Source: Candidatus Eiseniibacteriota bacterium (lineage in GTDB: Bacteria > Eisenbacteria > RBG-16-71-46). Taken from it: a stretch of DNA of 64,000 nucleotides. A program made the translations under genes and the position numbers. This document shows, one piece after another, positions 18,563 through 27,980 of the stretch. The notes under the pieces are model-generated. The model saw only the letters and a list, made by a program, of their open reading frames with translations. It did not search any database and had not been told where the DNA came from. Location: contig OY970178.1 of NCBI GenBank assembly GCA_963707915.1, positions 3,040,001 to 3,104,000 of the forward strand. Reading direction: 5' to 3'. Numbering within the stretch: position 1 is the first letter of the stretch; each line of letters begins with the position of its first letter.

Positions 18563-19210
18563 TCAGCGCGCGGTCGCCACCTCGACGCCGCGCTCGCGCA
18601 GCAGCTCGCGGATCTTGGTCTTCACCAGGTCGATGGCCACCTTGTTGTGGCCGCCCTCGGGGATGATGACGTCGGCCCAGCGCTTCGACGGCTCCACGAA
18701 CTGCATGTGCATCGGCCGCACGCTCTCCTCGTACTGGCGGATGATGCTGTCCACCGAGCGCCCGCGCTCCACCAGGTCGCGCCGCAGGCGGCGGATGAAG
18801 CGCACGTCGGCGTCCGCGTCGATGAACAGCTTGATGTCCATCGCCGCGCGCAGTTCGGCGTCCGTGAAGATGAGGATGCCCTCGAGCACGATGATGAGGT
18901 GCTCGCCGATGTGACGCGTCTCGGCCAGGCGGCGGTGGTCGGCGTAGTCGTAGATCGGCTGTTCGACCGGCTCGCCCGCCAGCAGCTTGCGGACGTGGCT
19001 CGTGAGCATCCCGTTGTCGAAGGCGTCGGGGTGGTCGAAGTTGCGGGCCTCGCGGTCGAGGAAGGGGATGCTCTCGAGGTTCTTGTAGTAGGAGTCCTGG
19101 TCGATGATGACGACCCGGTCGGACCCCAGGTCGCGCACGATGTTCCGTGCGACCAGCGTCTTGCCGGAACCCGACCCGCCGGCGATCCCGATGAGGATTC
19201 GTCCCACCAT
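18563..19210 (-). CDS. udk: Uridine kinase
   Basis: IGIAGGSGSGKT, QDSYY, NFDHPDAFD, LEGIL, RRLRRD..ERGR, VRPMH..FVEPSKRWADVIIPEGGHN. Confidence 0.95.
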   Translation of the reverse strand: MVGRILIGIAGGSGSGKTLVARNIVRDLGSDRVVIIDQDSYYKNLESIPFLDREARNFDHPDAFDNGMLTSHVRKLLAGEPVEQPIYDYADHRRLAETRHIGEHLIIVLEGILIFTDAELRAAMDIKLFIDADADVRFIRRLRRDLVERGRSVDSIIRQYEESVRPMHMQFVEPSKRWADVIIPEGGHNKVAIDLVKTKIRELLRERGVEVATAR

Positions 19211-19219
19211 CGGGACCGC

Positions 19220-19249
19220 AAGGTAGCAGCCGGCGCGTGCGAGGGTCAA
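19220..19249 (-). promoter_or_regulatory. Sigma70-type promoter of udk (TTGACC-N18-TACCTT, extended TG)
   Basis: Minus-strand sequence ttgacc ctcgcacgcgccggctgc tacctt, then 9 nt to the ATG. Confidence 0.6.
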
Positions 19250-19286
19250 CGAGGCGCCCGCGGGCGCCCCGTCCGGCCGCCGCGGA

Positions 19287-20645
19287 TCAGGGCTTCGGCA
19301 TGAGCAGCAGGACCACCTGGCGCCACGGCTCGCGCAGCCGGTTGGTCCAGAAGCCGAACTTCGGCGACACGTCGGCGTCGAACCGGCGGCGGTACTCGGT
19401 CCAGAACACCTCGTTCCCCCACAGCGCCTGCGAGGCGAGCGAGGTGCACAGCACGTTGAGCGCCGCCGGGTCGCGCTGCACGCCCTCGAGCAGCGCGGCG
19501 GGCATCGGACCGCCCATCATCCAGAGCAGGTTGTGGCGGAGGCCCGCGTAGCTCTCGGCCGGGATGGGCCGGTCGAGCAGCTCGCCGATGGTCCACGACA
19601 GCATCTCCGGGATGCTTCGCGGATCGAGGGCCTGGGCCGCGGCGGCCGGCGGGTAGAAGCGCACGAAGTCCGGGTCGTCCAGCAGCGAGTACTGGAAGCG
19701 CGTGGTGAGCGGCGGCTCGGGCGGGCCCCACGACTGCTTGGCCTGTCCGCCGAGCAGCAGGATGGCCATCTGGAACGACGGGTGGAGCGTGTCGGAGAGC
19801 GCGGGGGCCACCAGGCCCAGCACGGCCGCCGGCCGGCCCACCCCGGGCTGCGCCAGGACGACCGTGACCGAGTCGAGGCGCGCGGCCGGGGGGGCGGGCA
19901 GGCGTTCGCCCGCGGGCAGGGAGCCGAACTCGCTGTCGACGATGGACCGCAGGTCCAGGCCCGAGAGGTTGCCGACCAGCGCGAGCACGCCGTTCGCCGG
20001 GACGTAGGCCCGGGCCATCGCCTGGCGCACGCTGGCGGGCGTCTCGCGGTCCAGGTTCCTGGCCGCGGCCAGCGCGGCGATGGCGTCCCGGTCCAGGCCG
20101 CGCGCATACTCGCGCACCTGCCAGTAGAGCACCTGGTCCGCGGTGCCGGCGTAGCGCTCGGCGAGCATGCGGTGCACCGTGACGAGCGCGGCGCGCAGGT
20201 CGGCGTCCGACACCGTCACGCCGCGCATCCGGTCGGCGACCTGGCGCAGCACGCCGGGGAGCTGGGCGGTCGTGGCGGTCTCGTTGAACAGCGTCTGGCG
20301 GCGGCTCACGCGCAGGCTCCAGCCCTGCGGGCGGAGGCTCGCCATCTCGTCGCGCGTGCGCTCGGGCCCGCCGCCCGCCGGTGCGGTGAAGGCCACCTCG
20401 GCCATCAGCGAGGCCAGCCCCGGGCGGTCGGCCGGATCGTAGTCCTGCCCGATGTGGTAGCCCCAGGTGATGGCGACCGCGCGGGCGCCGGGCACGTCGC
20501 GCGTCACGACCTCGAGGCCGTTGGGCAGCGTCCAGCGGTCCATGGTGGTGCCGTCGTCGAGCTTGACGGGCTCGGCCAGGGCGGCCCGCGCCGCGAACAG
20601 CGCGCACAGCACCGGCAGCAGGATACGGATCGTGGGTCGGCTCAC
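19287..20645 (-). CDS. Exported M16 (insulinase)-family protein without the HxxEH motif
   Basis: GTG start with AGGAG RBS, signal peptide, TLPNGLEV, DPADRPGLASLMAEVAF (HxxEH position degenerate), YVPANGVLALVGNL. Confidence 0.72.
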   Translation of the reverse strand: MSRPTIRILLPVLCALFAARAALAEPVKLDDGTTMDRWTLPNGLEVVTRDVPGARAVAITWGYHIGQDYDPADRPGLASLMAEVAFTAPAGGGPERTRDEMASLRPQGWSLRVSRRQTLFNETATTAQLPGVLRQVADRMRGVTVSDADLRAALVTVHRMLAERYAGTADQVLYWQVREYARGLDRDAIAALAAARNLDRETPASVRQAMARAYVPANGVLALVGNLSGLDLRSIVDSEFGSLPAGERLPAPPAARLDSVTVVLAQPGVGRPAAVLGLVAPALSDTLHPSFQMAILLLGGQAKQSWGPPEPPLTTRFQYSLLDDPDFVRFYPPAAAAQALDPRSIPEMLSWTIGELLDRPIPAESYAGLRHNLLWMMGGPMPAALLEGVQRDPAALNVLCTSLASQALWGNEVFWTEYRRRFDADVSPKFGFWTNRLREPWRQVVLLLMPKP

Positions 20646-20811
20646 TTGGGCTCCTCGTCTGGGACGGTGTCCGCCGCCGGGGTGGGCGCGCGCGGGCCTC
20701 CATTCTAGAGGCTTCGGGCACGCCGCGCATCCCGGCGGGACGCGGCTCCGGCGCGGACGCCCGCGCCTGCCGGTCACGCCTCGCGGCGCGGCGCGGCGCC
20801 GGCGCGAGCGC

Positions 20812-20840
20812 TTGACCCCTCCGGTCGCGCTCCCTAGACT
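20812..20840 (+). promoter_or_regulatory. Sigma70-type promoter of rpiB-add (TTGACC-N17-TAGACT)
   Basis: Near-consensus hexamers with 17-nt spacing; the ATG follows 9 nt after the -10. Confidence 0.65.
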
Positions 20841-20849
20841 CGCGCTCCC

Positions 20850-21410
20850 ATGCACGAACACGACGAATCCGAGGTCCGCCGCCTGGTTCGGGAGGCCGTG
20901 GACCGCTCGCTGGGCCCGGAGCCGGCCGCCACCCCGCGGCCCGCGGGCGCGGTGGGCCGCCGGGTCGCCCTCGGCTCGGACCACGGCGGGTTCGAGCTCA
21001 AGGAGGTGCTCCGCCAGTACATCGCGGAGGAGCTGGGCTGGGACGTCCACGACTGCGGCACGCACTCGACCGACGCGGTGGACTACCCCGACTACGCCGC
21101 CGCGGTGGCGCGCGAGGTCGCGGCCGGCCGCTGCCGCCTCGGCATCGTGGTGGACGCGGCGGGCATCGGCTCGGCGATGGCGGCGAACAAGATCGCCGGC
21201 GTGCGCTGCGCGGTCGGCCACGACGACCGCACCGTGGTCAACAGCCGCGAGCACAACGACGCCAACGTGCTCTCGCTCGGCGCGCGCATCGTGAACCGGG
21301 GGCTCGCGCAGCGGCTCGCGCGCCTGTTCCTCAAGACTCCCTTCGCCGGCGGCCGCCACGAGCGCCGGGTGCAGAAGATCATGGCGCTCGAGCGCGGCTC
21401 CGGCCGGTAG
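20850..21410 (+). CDS. rpiB: RpiB/LacAB-family sugar-phosphate isomerase with an N-terminal extension
   Basis: LGSDHGGFELK, VDYPDYA, GIGSAMAANK, REHNDANVLSLG, FAGGRHERRV. Confidence 0.92.
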   Translation: MHEHDESEVRRLVREAVDRSLGPEPAATPRPAGAVGRRVALGSDHGGFELKEVLRQYIAEELGWDVHDCGTHSTDAVDYPDYAAAVAREVAAGRCRLGIVVDAAGIGSAMAANKIAGVRCAVGHDDRTVVNSREHNDANVLSLGARIVNRGLAQRLARLFLKTPFAGGRHERRVQKIMALERGSGR

Positions 21411-21448
21411 CGACGCCCCGGACCCCACACCCCGACCCCACGAGGCCC

Positions 21449-22525
21449 ATGCGAATCACCGAGCGAGTCATCCGGCGGTTGCCCAAGACCGACCTGCACT
21501 GCCACCTCGACGGCTGCCTGCGCCCGAGCACCGTGCTCGAGTTGGCCCGGGCGCAGGACGTGAAGCTGCCGACGTACAGCCTGGCGCAGCTCACCAAAGT
21601 GCTGAAGGCGGGCAAGCGCACGCGCAACCTCGGTGAGTACCTCAAGATCTTCGATCTCACGCTGGCGGTGATGCAGGAGAAGGAGGCGCTCTACCGGGTC
21701 GCCTACGAGCTGGCCGAGGACGCCGCCGCGGAGAACGTCTGCCACCTCGAGGTGCGCTACTCGCCGATCCTGCACCGCAAGCGGAAGCTCCGCTTCGAGG
21801 ACATCGTGGACACGGTCATCGCCGGACTGCACGACGCGGGCAGCAAGTTCGGCATGACCACCGGCGTGATCATCTGCGGCATCCGCTCGATGGACCCGAA
21901 GTTCTCGCTGGCGCTGGCCGAGCTGGCCGTGGCCTACAAGGGCAAGGGCGTGCTCGCCTTCGACCTGGCGGGGCAGGAGAAGGACTACCCGGCCAAGGCG
22001 CACCGCGCGGCGTTCGAGCTGATCCTCAAGAACAACATCAACTCGACCGTGCACGCCGGCGAGGCGTTCGGCCCGGCCTCGATCTCCCAGGCGCTGCACT
22101 ACTGCGGGGCGCACCGCATCGGGCACGGCACCCTGCTGCTCCAGGACCGGGACCTGATGCAGTACGTCAACGACCACCGCATCCCGCTCGAGATGTGCCT
22201 GACCTCGAACCTGCAGACCGGCGCGGTGCAGAACATGAAGGAGCACCCGCTCGGCATGTACTTCCGGCAGGGCCTGCGCGTCACCGTGAACACCGACAAC
22301 CGGCTGATGTCCGACACCACCGTGACGGACGAGATCAAGCTCGCGGCGCGCGCGTTCCGCCTCAGCCCCTACGAGGTCAAGCGGCTCATCATCAACGGGT
22401 TCAAGAGCTCCTTCCTGCCCTACGCGGCCAAGGCCCGGCGCCTGCGCGAGGTCAACCTCGAGACGGACCGGATCTTCATGGAGGAGTTCCCCGACGAGTA
22501 CGACCGGCGCCTGACGAGCTTCTGA
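21449..22525 (+). CDS. add: Adenosine deaminase
   Basis: PKTDLHCHLDG, EVRYSP, FDLAGQE, TVHAGEA, RIGHG, EMCLTSN, VNTDN. Confidence 0.94.
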   Translation: MRITERVIRRLPKTDLHCHLDGCLRPSTVLELARAQDVKLPTYSLAQLTKVLKAGKRTRNLGEYLKIFDLTLAVMQEKEALYRVAYELAEDAAAENVCHLEVRYSPILHRKRKLRFEDIVDTVIAGLHDAGSKFGMTTGVIICGIRSMDPKFSLALAELAVAYKGKGVLAFDLAGQEKDYPAKAHRAAFELILKNNINSTVHAGEAFGPASISQALHYCGAHRIGHGTLLLQDRDLMQYVNDHRIPLEMCLTSNLQTGAVQNMKEHPLGMYFRQGLRVTVNTDNRLMSDTTVTDEIKLAARAFRLSPYEVKRLIINGFKSSFLPYAAKARRLREVNLETDRIFMEEFPDEYDRRLTSF

Positions 22526-22564
22526 GCGGCGTCGGCAGTCGTCACCCGCGGTGCCCGCCTGGGG

Positions 22565-22645
22565 GCTGCCGCGACGTCCGGGCACGTCCCGGCCGATCCG
22601 AGGCACCGTGCGCTCGGCCAGAACGCGCCCGGACGTCGCGGCAGC
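22565..22645. repeat. 19-bp perfect inverted repeat forming a long hairpin between convergent genes
   Basis: gctgccgcgacgtccgggc (22565-22583) and gcccggacgtcgcggcagc (22627-22645), with imperfect inner extension. Confidence 0.75.
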
Positions 22646-22699
22646 TGCGCGGGGGCGGTCCTGCTCGCACCCCGGGCCGTCACTTCCCCTGGCGGTGGC

Positions 22700-23239
22700 T
22701 CAGCGCCCGATCAGGAGGAACCCGTTGGCGAAGTACCACAGCCCGATCGAGCCGGACAGGAGCCCGAGCAGCCAGAGCGGCTTCTTCCTCAGCAGGGCCG
22801 CGACCGAGGAGAGCAGGATCGCCACCTGCAGGTAGATGACCGCCATCCCGAAGGTCTGGGAGTGCACGGTCGCGTCGTCGCGCACCGCCTCGAAGCGCTT
22901 CGCCTCGGCCTGGATCTCCGTCTTCTCCTGCTCGTAGCGCGCGAGCTTCTCGCGATAGGCCGCCAGGCGCTTCTCGACCTGCGCCCGCACCGCCGGCGAC
23001 TGGCGGGCGCCGTCCGCCTGCTGCCCCAGCTCGAGCTCCTCCTTCTGGATCTCGTAGAGGTAGCCCTTGATGCTCTTGGACTGGTAGTAGGCCCACTGGT
23101 TGGCGGCCTTCGTCTGGCTGAGCACCGAGCGCGTCGAGTACGAGCCGCCCTTGAAGGTCGAGAGCGTCGCGCAGACCGCCAGGATCACGGTGGTGAGCGC
23201 CAGCCAGTTGAGCCAGGGTTCCTTCTTCTCGTCGGCCAT
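22700..23239 (-). CDS. DUF4337-like membrane protein
   Basis: N-terminal TM helix, ANQWAYYQSKSIK motif, coiled-coil, two C-terminal TM helices. Confidence 0.75.
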   Translation of the reverse strand: MADEKKEPWLNWLALTTVILAVCATLSTFKGGSYSTRSVLSQTKAANQWAYYQSKSIKGYLYEIQKEELELGQQADGARQSPAVRAQVEKRLAAYREKLARYEQEKTEIQAEAKRFEAVRDDATVHSQTFGMAVIYLQVAILLSSVAALLRKKPLWLLGLLSGSIGLWYFANGFLLIGR

Positions 23240-23259
23240 GGATCCTCTCGAAGGGTCCG

Positions 23260-25500
23260 CTAGGGCCGCGCGACGGCGGCCGCCCAGCGGTTGAGGAGCC
23301 GCAACGCCCGGTCGGCGGTGCGGAACGTCGGCACGCCGCCCTGCTCGAGCCGGGCGGCCATCGGGTCGTATAGGCTCCCGGCGTCCACCACCGCGACCCA
23401 GGGCTTCTCGGTCGCGTGGTAGAGCCGCACCAGCCGGTTGGCGATCGAGTCCTCGCGGGCCAGGTCCTCGCCGTGGCCCTCGCCCCGGGCGAGCGTGTTG
23501 AGCGCCATGGTCATGGGCACGCAGCCGACCAGGCCCAGGTCCACGCCCGCGTCGGCCAGCACCTGCCGCGCGATCTCCTCGTAGTCGGCGTCGCCGACGA
23601 TGGGCGTGAGGTCCATCGGGTCGTGCACGCTGACGATCTCGGCGATGCGCGCGCGCTTCAGCACGTCGCCCAGCGCGGCGACCGTGGCGGGGGAGAAGTC
23701 GGCGAGCGTGAACGCGCCGAGGTTGTCGGCGATCGCCACGCACTCGAAGCCGGCGTTGGAGAGCGCGCCGAGCCGCCGTCCGGCGGGGCGGCGCCCGCCG
23801 AGCGCGACGAACAGGCGCACCAGGTCCTCGAAGTCCTCGAGCGTGTCGGCCAGCACGACGCCCGCGGCCTCGGCCAGCCGCCGGGTCACCGCGTAGTCGC
23901 CCGCCACCGAGGCGGTGTGGCTCGCGGCCGCGGCGGCGCCGGCGCTGGTGCGGCCGGCGCGGTAGAGGATGACCGTGCGCCCGCCGGCCACGATCCGGCG
24001 CGCGGTCTCGAGGAAGCGCAGCCCGTCGAGCGGGCGGAAGCCCTCGAGGTAGACGGCGAAGATCCCGACCGCCGGGTCGGCCTCGAGGAAGTCGAGGTAG
24101 TCCGCGGCGGTCAGGTCCATCTGGTTGCCGATGGTCAGGATGACGCGCGGGTTCACCGTCCCGAGCTTGTTCGCCTTCGACACCGCGAAGGCCCCGCTCC
24201 CGGCGATGAACGCCACCGGGCTCTCGGCGCCGCGCGGGAGCGGCAGCTTGTGGTCGGGGATGAACAGCGTGTTGTAGCGCCCCGGCACCGAGCGCACGCC
24301 CAGGCAGTTGCCGCCATTGATGACGGGCCCGCCCCAGGGCGTGGCGCGCGAGTCGGCGATGGCCTGGCGCATGCGCGCGACCAGCGGCTCGCTGCCGGGC
24401 TTCTCCTCGAGCCCGCCCGGGATGAGGATGACGCTCTCGGCGTGCCGGCCCTCGGCGACCGCGGCGATGGCCTCGGGGGCCTGCGCGGCGGAGATGCTGA
24501 GGATGAGCAGGTCCTGCCGCGCGGGCAGGGCCTCGAGCGACGGTACGCACTTCACCCCGTCGATCTGCTCGCTGCCCGGCTTGACGACGGTGATGTCCGC
24601 GGCCGGGAAGCCGTCGGCCAGCAGGTTGCGCAGGATCTGCCGCCCCGGGTTCATGCCCTTCTCCGACACGCCCATCACCGCGGCGGTGCGCGGCTGCAGC
24701 AGCCGCCCGATCTTCGCCACCGGGCGCGGCGCGGGCAGCGGGGACAGCGGTCCGCCGAGCTTGAGCAGGGCGTCGAGCGCGACGAAGCGCCCGTCGGCGA
24801 GCACCAGCGGGTTGATCTCGAACTCGGCGATCGGGTCGGGCACGAAGGCTCCGGCCAGCTCGAGGAAGCGGCCCACGATCTCCGCCAGCCGCGCGAGCGG
24901 CACGAGCGCCGGGCGGCCGCGCCGCGGCTCGGTCAGCAGCCGCACGACCGCGACCCCGGCGAGCGCGCGCTCGATCTCCGCGGGGCCGGCGAGGCCGGGG
25001 GAGAGCAGCGCGAGCGAGCGGTCCTCGCGGATGCTCTGCGCCAGGAACTCGGTGTGGATGCCGCCCGCGCCGAGCGTGACGACCGGTCCGAAGTCGGCGG
25101 TCCAGCGCGTCCCGAGCAGGAGCTCGTGGCCGGGCTCGGCCTGGTGGGGGACGAATTCCACCAGCAGGAAGCCGTCCACGTCCTGCCCGGCGAAGCGCCG
25201 CTCCATCCCGGCGAGGCCGGCGCGCAGCGCGGCGGGCGTGTTCTCGAGGACCTCGACGCCGCGCGCCTCGGTCTTGTGGAGGATCGCCGGCGAGACCACC
25301 TTGAGCACCGCGCGCGTCCCGGGGAACGGCGGCGGGTCGAGCCGCGCCGCGTCCGCGGCTCCGGCGAGCAGGATGCGCCGCGGGACCGGGATGCCGGCGG
25401 CCTCGAGCAGGTCCATGCCCTCCGGCTCGGTCAGCACGCCCGCCGCGCGGTGGCGGGCGTTCGCCAGCAGGTTCGCGATGCGCGTCCGGTCGAGGCTCAT
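23260..25500 (-). CDS. ADP-forming acyl-CoA synthetase (acetate-CoA ligase family), ATP-grasp domain first, CoA-binding domain second
   Basis: LKVVSPAILHKTEARGV, FGPVVTLGAGG, EINPL, then GVSEKG, GGNCLG, ASHTASVAG phospho-His, SNAGFEC, PMDLT. Confidence 0.88.
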   Translation of the reverse strand: MSLDRTRIANLLANARHRAAGVLTEPEGMDLLEAAGIPVPRRILLAGAADAARLDPPPFPGTRAVLKVVSPAILHKTEARGVEVLENTPAALRAGLAGMERRFAGQDVDGFLLVEFVPHQAEPGHELLLGTRWTADFGPVVTLGAGGIHTEFLAQSIREDRSLALLSPGLAGPAEIERALAGVAVVRLLTEPRRGRPALVPLARLAEIVGRFLELAGAFVPDPIAEFEINPLVLADGRFVALDALLKLGGPLSPLPAPRPVAKIGRLLQPRTAAVMGVSEKGMNPGRQILRNLLADGFPAADITVVKPGSEQIDGVKCVPSLEALPARQDLLILSISAAQAPEAIAAVAEGRHAESVILIPGGLEEKPGSEPLVARMRQAIADSRATPWGGPVINGGNCLGVRSVPGRYNTLFIPDHKLPLPRGAESPVAFIAGSGAFAVSKANKLGTVNPRVILTIGNQMDLTAADYLDFLEADPAVGIFAVYLEGFRPLDGLRFLETARRIVAGGRTVILYRAGRTSAGAAAAASHTASVAGDYAVTRRLAEAAGVVLADTLEDFEDLVRLFVALGGRRPAGRRLGALSNAGFECVAIADNLGAFTLADFSPATVAALGDVLKRARIAEIVSVHDPMDLTPIVGDADYEEIARQVLADAGVDLGLVGCVPMTMALNTLARGEGHGEDLAREDSIANRLVRLYHATEKPWVAVVDAGSLYDPMAARLEQGGVPTFRTADRALRLLNRWAAAVARP

Positions 25501-26069
25501 GCCGACACCCTCCAGCCCGCCTCGAAGGCGGCGAAGTTCACCTCCAGCGCCCGCTCGCCCTTGGCCCCGAAGGTCTGCCGGATGGCGCCCTCGAACGATT
25601 CGCGGCGCAGCGGCAGCAGGTGGGCCGCGGCGCCGACCATGACGGTGTTCCTGGCCAGCACGTCGCCGGCCTCGCGCGCCAGCCGCTCGGCCTCGACCAG
25701 CACGGTGCGCGGCAGGCGCCGCAGCCGGGCGAGGACCTCGTCCAGCGGCGGGTAGTCCGGGATGTTGACGTGCGGGTCCACCGACGTGACCACCGTGGCC
25801 GCGGGCGAGAGGTACGCCACGTAGCGCAGGCTCTCGAGCGGCTCCATCGAGAGGATCAGGTCGGCGGTGCCGAGCGGGATGAGGTCGCTCGCGACGGTCC
25901 GGTCGGAGAGCCGCAGGTGGGAGAGCACCGCGCCGCCGCGCTGCGCCATCCCGTGCACCTCGGACTGCTTGACGTGGAGCTGCTCGGCCACGGCGGCGCG
26001 CCCGATCAGCGCGGCCAGGGAGAGCACGCCCTGCCCGCCCACGCCCGCCAGCATGATGTCGCACTTCAT
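25497..26069 (-). CDS. iorB: Indolepyruvate:ferredoxin oxidoreductase beta subunit
   Basis: AGVGGQG, SEVHGMAQRGGAV, EPLESLRY, NTVMVGAA. Confidence 0.93.
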   Translation of the reverse strand: MKCDIMLAGVGGQGVLSLAALIGRAAVAEQLHVKQSEVHGMAQRGGAVLSHLRLSDRTVASDLIPLGTADLILSMEPLESLRYVAYLSPAATVVTSVDPHVNIPDYPPLDEVLARLRRLPRTVLVEAERLAREAGDVLARNTVMVGAAAHLLPLRRESFEGAIRQTFGAKGERALEVNFAAFEAGWRVSA

Positions 26070-27679
26070 GACGGCTTCACCTCCACGAGCCGGCGCCTGC
26101 GGCGCGCGGTCTCCAGGCACTCGCGCACGGCGATGACCACCGACAGGCCCGGGTGCGCGATCTCGGCGCGCAGCAGCTCGGCGATCTGCGGCACCCGGCG
26201 CGGCAGGACCTCCACCACGTGCAGGCGCTCGGGCTTCACGCCCAGGCCCAGCACGATGTCCTTCAGCCGCGCGGACGGCGCGATGGACTCCTGCCCGCCG
26301 GTCATGGCCGTGGTCTGGTTGTCGAGGATGATCAGGGTCATGTCGGTGTCCTCGTGCACCGCGTCGAGCAGCGGGGTGATCCCCGAGTGGAGGAAGGTGC
26401 TGTCCCCGATGACCGCGACGGCGGGCCGGAAGCCGGCCTCGGAGGCGCCCTTCGCCATGCTCACCGAGGCGCCCATGCAGAGGCACGACTCGACGGCGTC
26501 GTAGGGCGGCAGGGCGCCGAGCGTGTAGCAGCCGATGTCGGCGGTCACGGTGCTCCGGGCCTGGCCCTCGAGCGCCTGCTTGAGCGCGCGGTACATCTGG
26601 CCGTGCGAGCAGCCCTGGCAGAGCTGCGGCGGCCGCGTCGGGAGCGCCAGGTCGCCCAGGCGGGTCAGCGGCCGGGCCGGGAGCCCGAGCGCCGGACGCA
26701 CGTTGTCGGGCGTCAGCTCGCCTTCCAGCGGCACCTCGCCGGTGAGCTTCCCGAGCACGGGCAGCGGCGTGTCGAGCAGCCCGCGCAGCAGCCGCTCGAC
26801 CAGCGGGTAGCCCTCCTCCAGCACCAGCAGCCGCTTCACGTGCCCCGCCAGCCGGCGGACCAGCGCGCGCGGGAGCGGGTAGGCGCCGATGTGCAGGTGC
26901 GACGGCCGGCCGGCGAGCTCCCCGGCGTTCTCCTCGAAGTAGTTGCGCGCCAGCCCGGTGGTGATGACGCCCAACTCGCGGTCGTCGGTGAGGGTGAGCC
27001 GGTTCCAGCGGGAGTCCTCGCTCCACGCGACCATCTCCTGCTGGCGGCCGAGCAGGTCGTGCCACTGGCGCCGGGCGTTGCCCGGCAGCAGGATCCACGA
27101 CTGCGGCCGCGGGGCCTTGCGCACCGGGTTCTCGGGCCGCGGCGTGGCGGTCACCTCGATCGCGGTGCGGCTGTGCGCGAGCCGGGTCACCAGCCGCAGC
27201 ATCACCGGCACCGCGAAGCGCTCGGACAGGTCGTAGGCCTCGACCGTCATGTCGTAGGCCTCCTGCTGCGTGGCGGGCTCCAGGCACAGGACCCGCGCGA
27301 AGTCGGCGTAGAAGCGGCTGTCCTGCTCGTTCTGCGAGGAGTGCATGCCGGGGTCGTCGGCGACCGCGACCACCAGCCCGCCGTGCGTCCCGACCAGCGC
27401 CGCGTTCACGAACGGGTCGGCCGCGACGTTGAGCCCGACGTGCTTCATCGAGACCAACGCGCGCCGGCCGACGAAGCAGGCGCCGAGCGCCTCCTCCATC
27501 GCGGTCTTCTCGTTGGCGCACCAGGCCGCGAACGGGCGGCCGTGCCTGCGGCGGAACTCGAGCAGGTACTCGAGGATCTCGGTGGCGGGCGTGCCCGGGT
27601 AGGCGTACGCCGAGCTCATCCCGGCGTGCACCGCGCCGAGCGCGACGCATTCGTCTCCTAGCAGGATCCTGCTGGGCAT
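26066..27679 (-). CDS. iorA: Indolepyruvate:ferredoxin oxidoreductase alpha subunit (no C-terminal ferredoxin domain)
   Basis: YPGTPATEI, NEKTA, MKHVGLNVAAD, DDPGMHSSQNEQDSR, RPPQLCQGCSH, DIGCYTLG, IGDSTFLHSG TPP motif. Confidence 0.93.
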   Translation of the reverse strand: MPSRILLGDECVALGAVHAGMSSAYAYPGTPATEILEYLLEFRRRHGRPFAAWCANEKTAMEEALGACFVGRRALVSMKHVGLNVAADPFVNAALVGTHGGLVVAVADDPGMHSSQNEQDSRFYADFARVLCLEPATQQEAYDMTVEAYDLSERFAVPVMLRLVTRLAHSRTAIEVTATPRPENPVRKAPRPQSWILLPGNARRQWHDLLGRQQEMVAWSEDSRWNRLTLTDDRELGVITTGLARNYFEENAGELAGRPSHLHIGAYPLPRALVRRLAGHVKRLLVLEEGYPLVERLLRGLLDTPLPVLGKLTGEVPLEGELTPDNVRPALGLPARPLTRLGDLALPTRPPQLCQGCSHGQMYRALKQALEGQARSTVTADIGCYTLGALPPYDAVESCLCMGASVSMAKGASEAGFRPAVAVIGDSTFLHSGITPLLDAVHEDTDMTLIILDNQTTAMTGGQESIAPSARLKDIVLGLGVKPERLHVVEVLPRRVPQIAELLRAEIAHPGLSVVIAVRECLETARRRRRLVEVKPS

Positions 27680-27980
27680 GGGACCTCCGGCCGGCGGAAC
27701 GCGGGGTCCGCGGCGGGCGCCGGCGCCCCGCGCGCCGCGGGACGCCGCAGCGCGGGGGGGACGATGCCGCCCGTGGACCCCCGGTGAGTCGACCGCCTCA
27801 TCCTACCGGACGGAGTACACGAGCAGAAGGCGACGGCCGGGCCGGGGCGCGATCGACGCGCGCCGGCCCGGCCGGAGGGCCGGGGACGCGTGGCCGGGGC
27901 CCGCCGGCGCGTGGTACCCTCATGAGTGGCCTGAAATCAGCCGTCCACTGCGCGTCCGCATCCCGATCGGGGAGCCAGCC

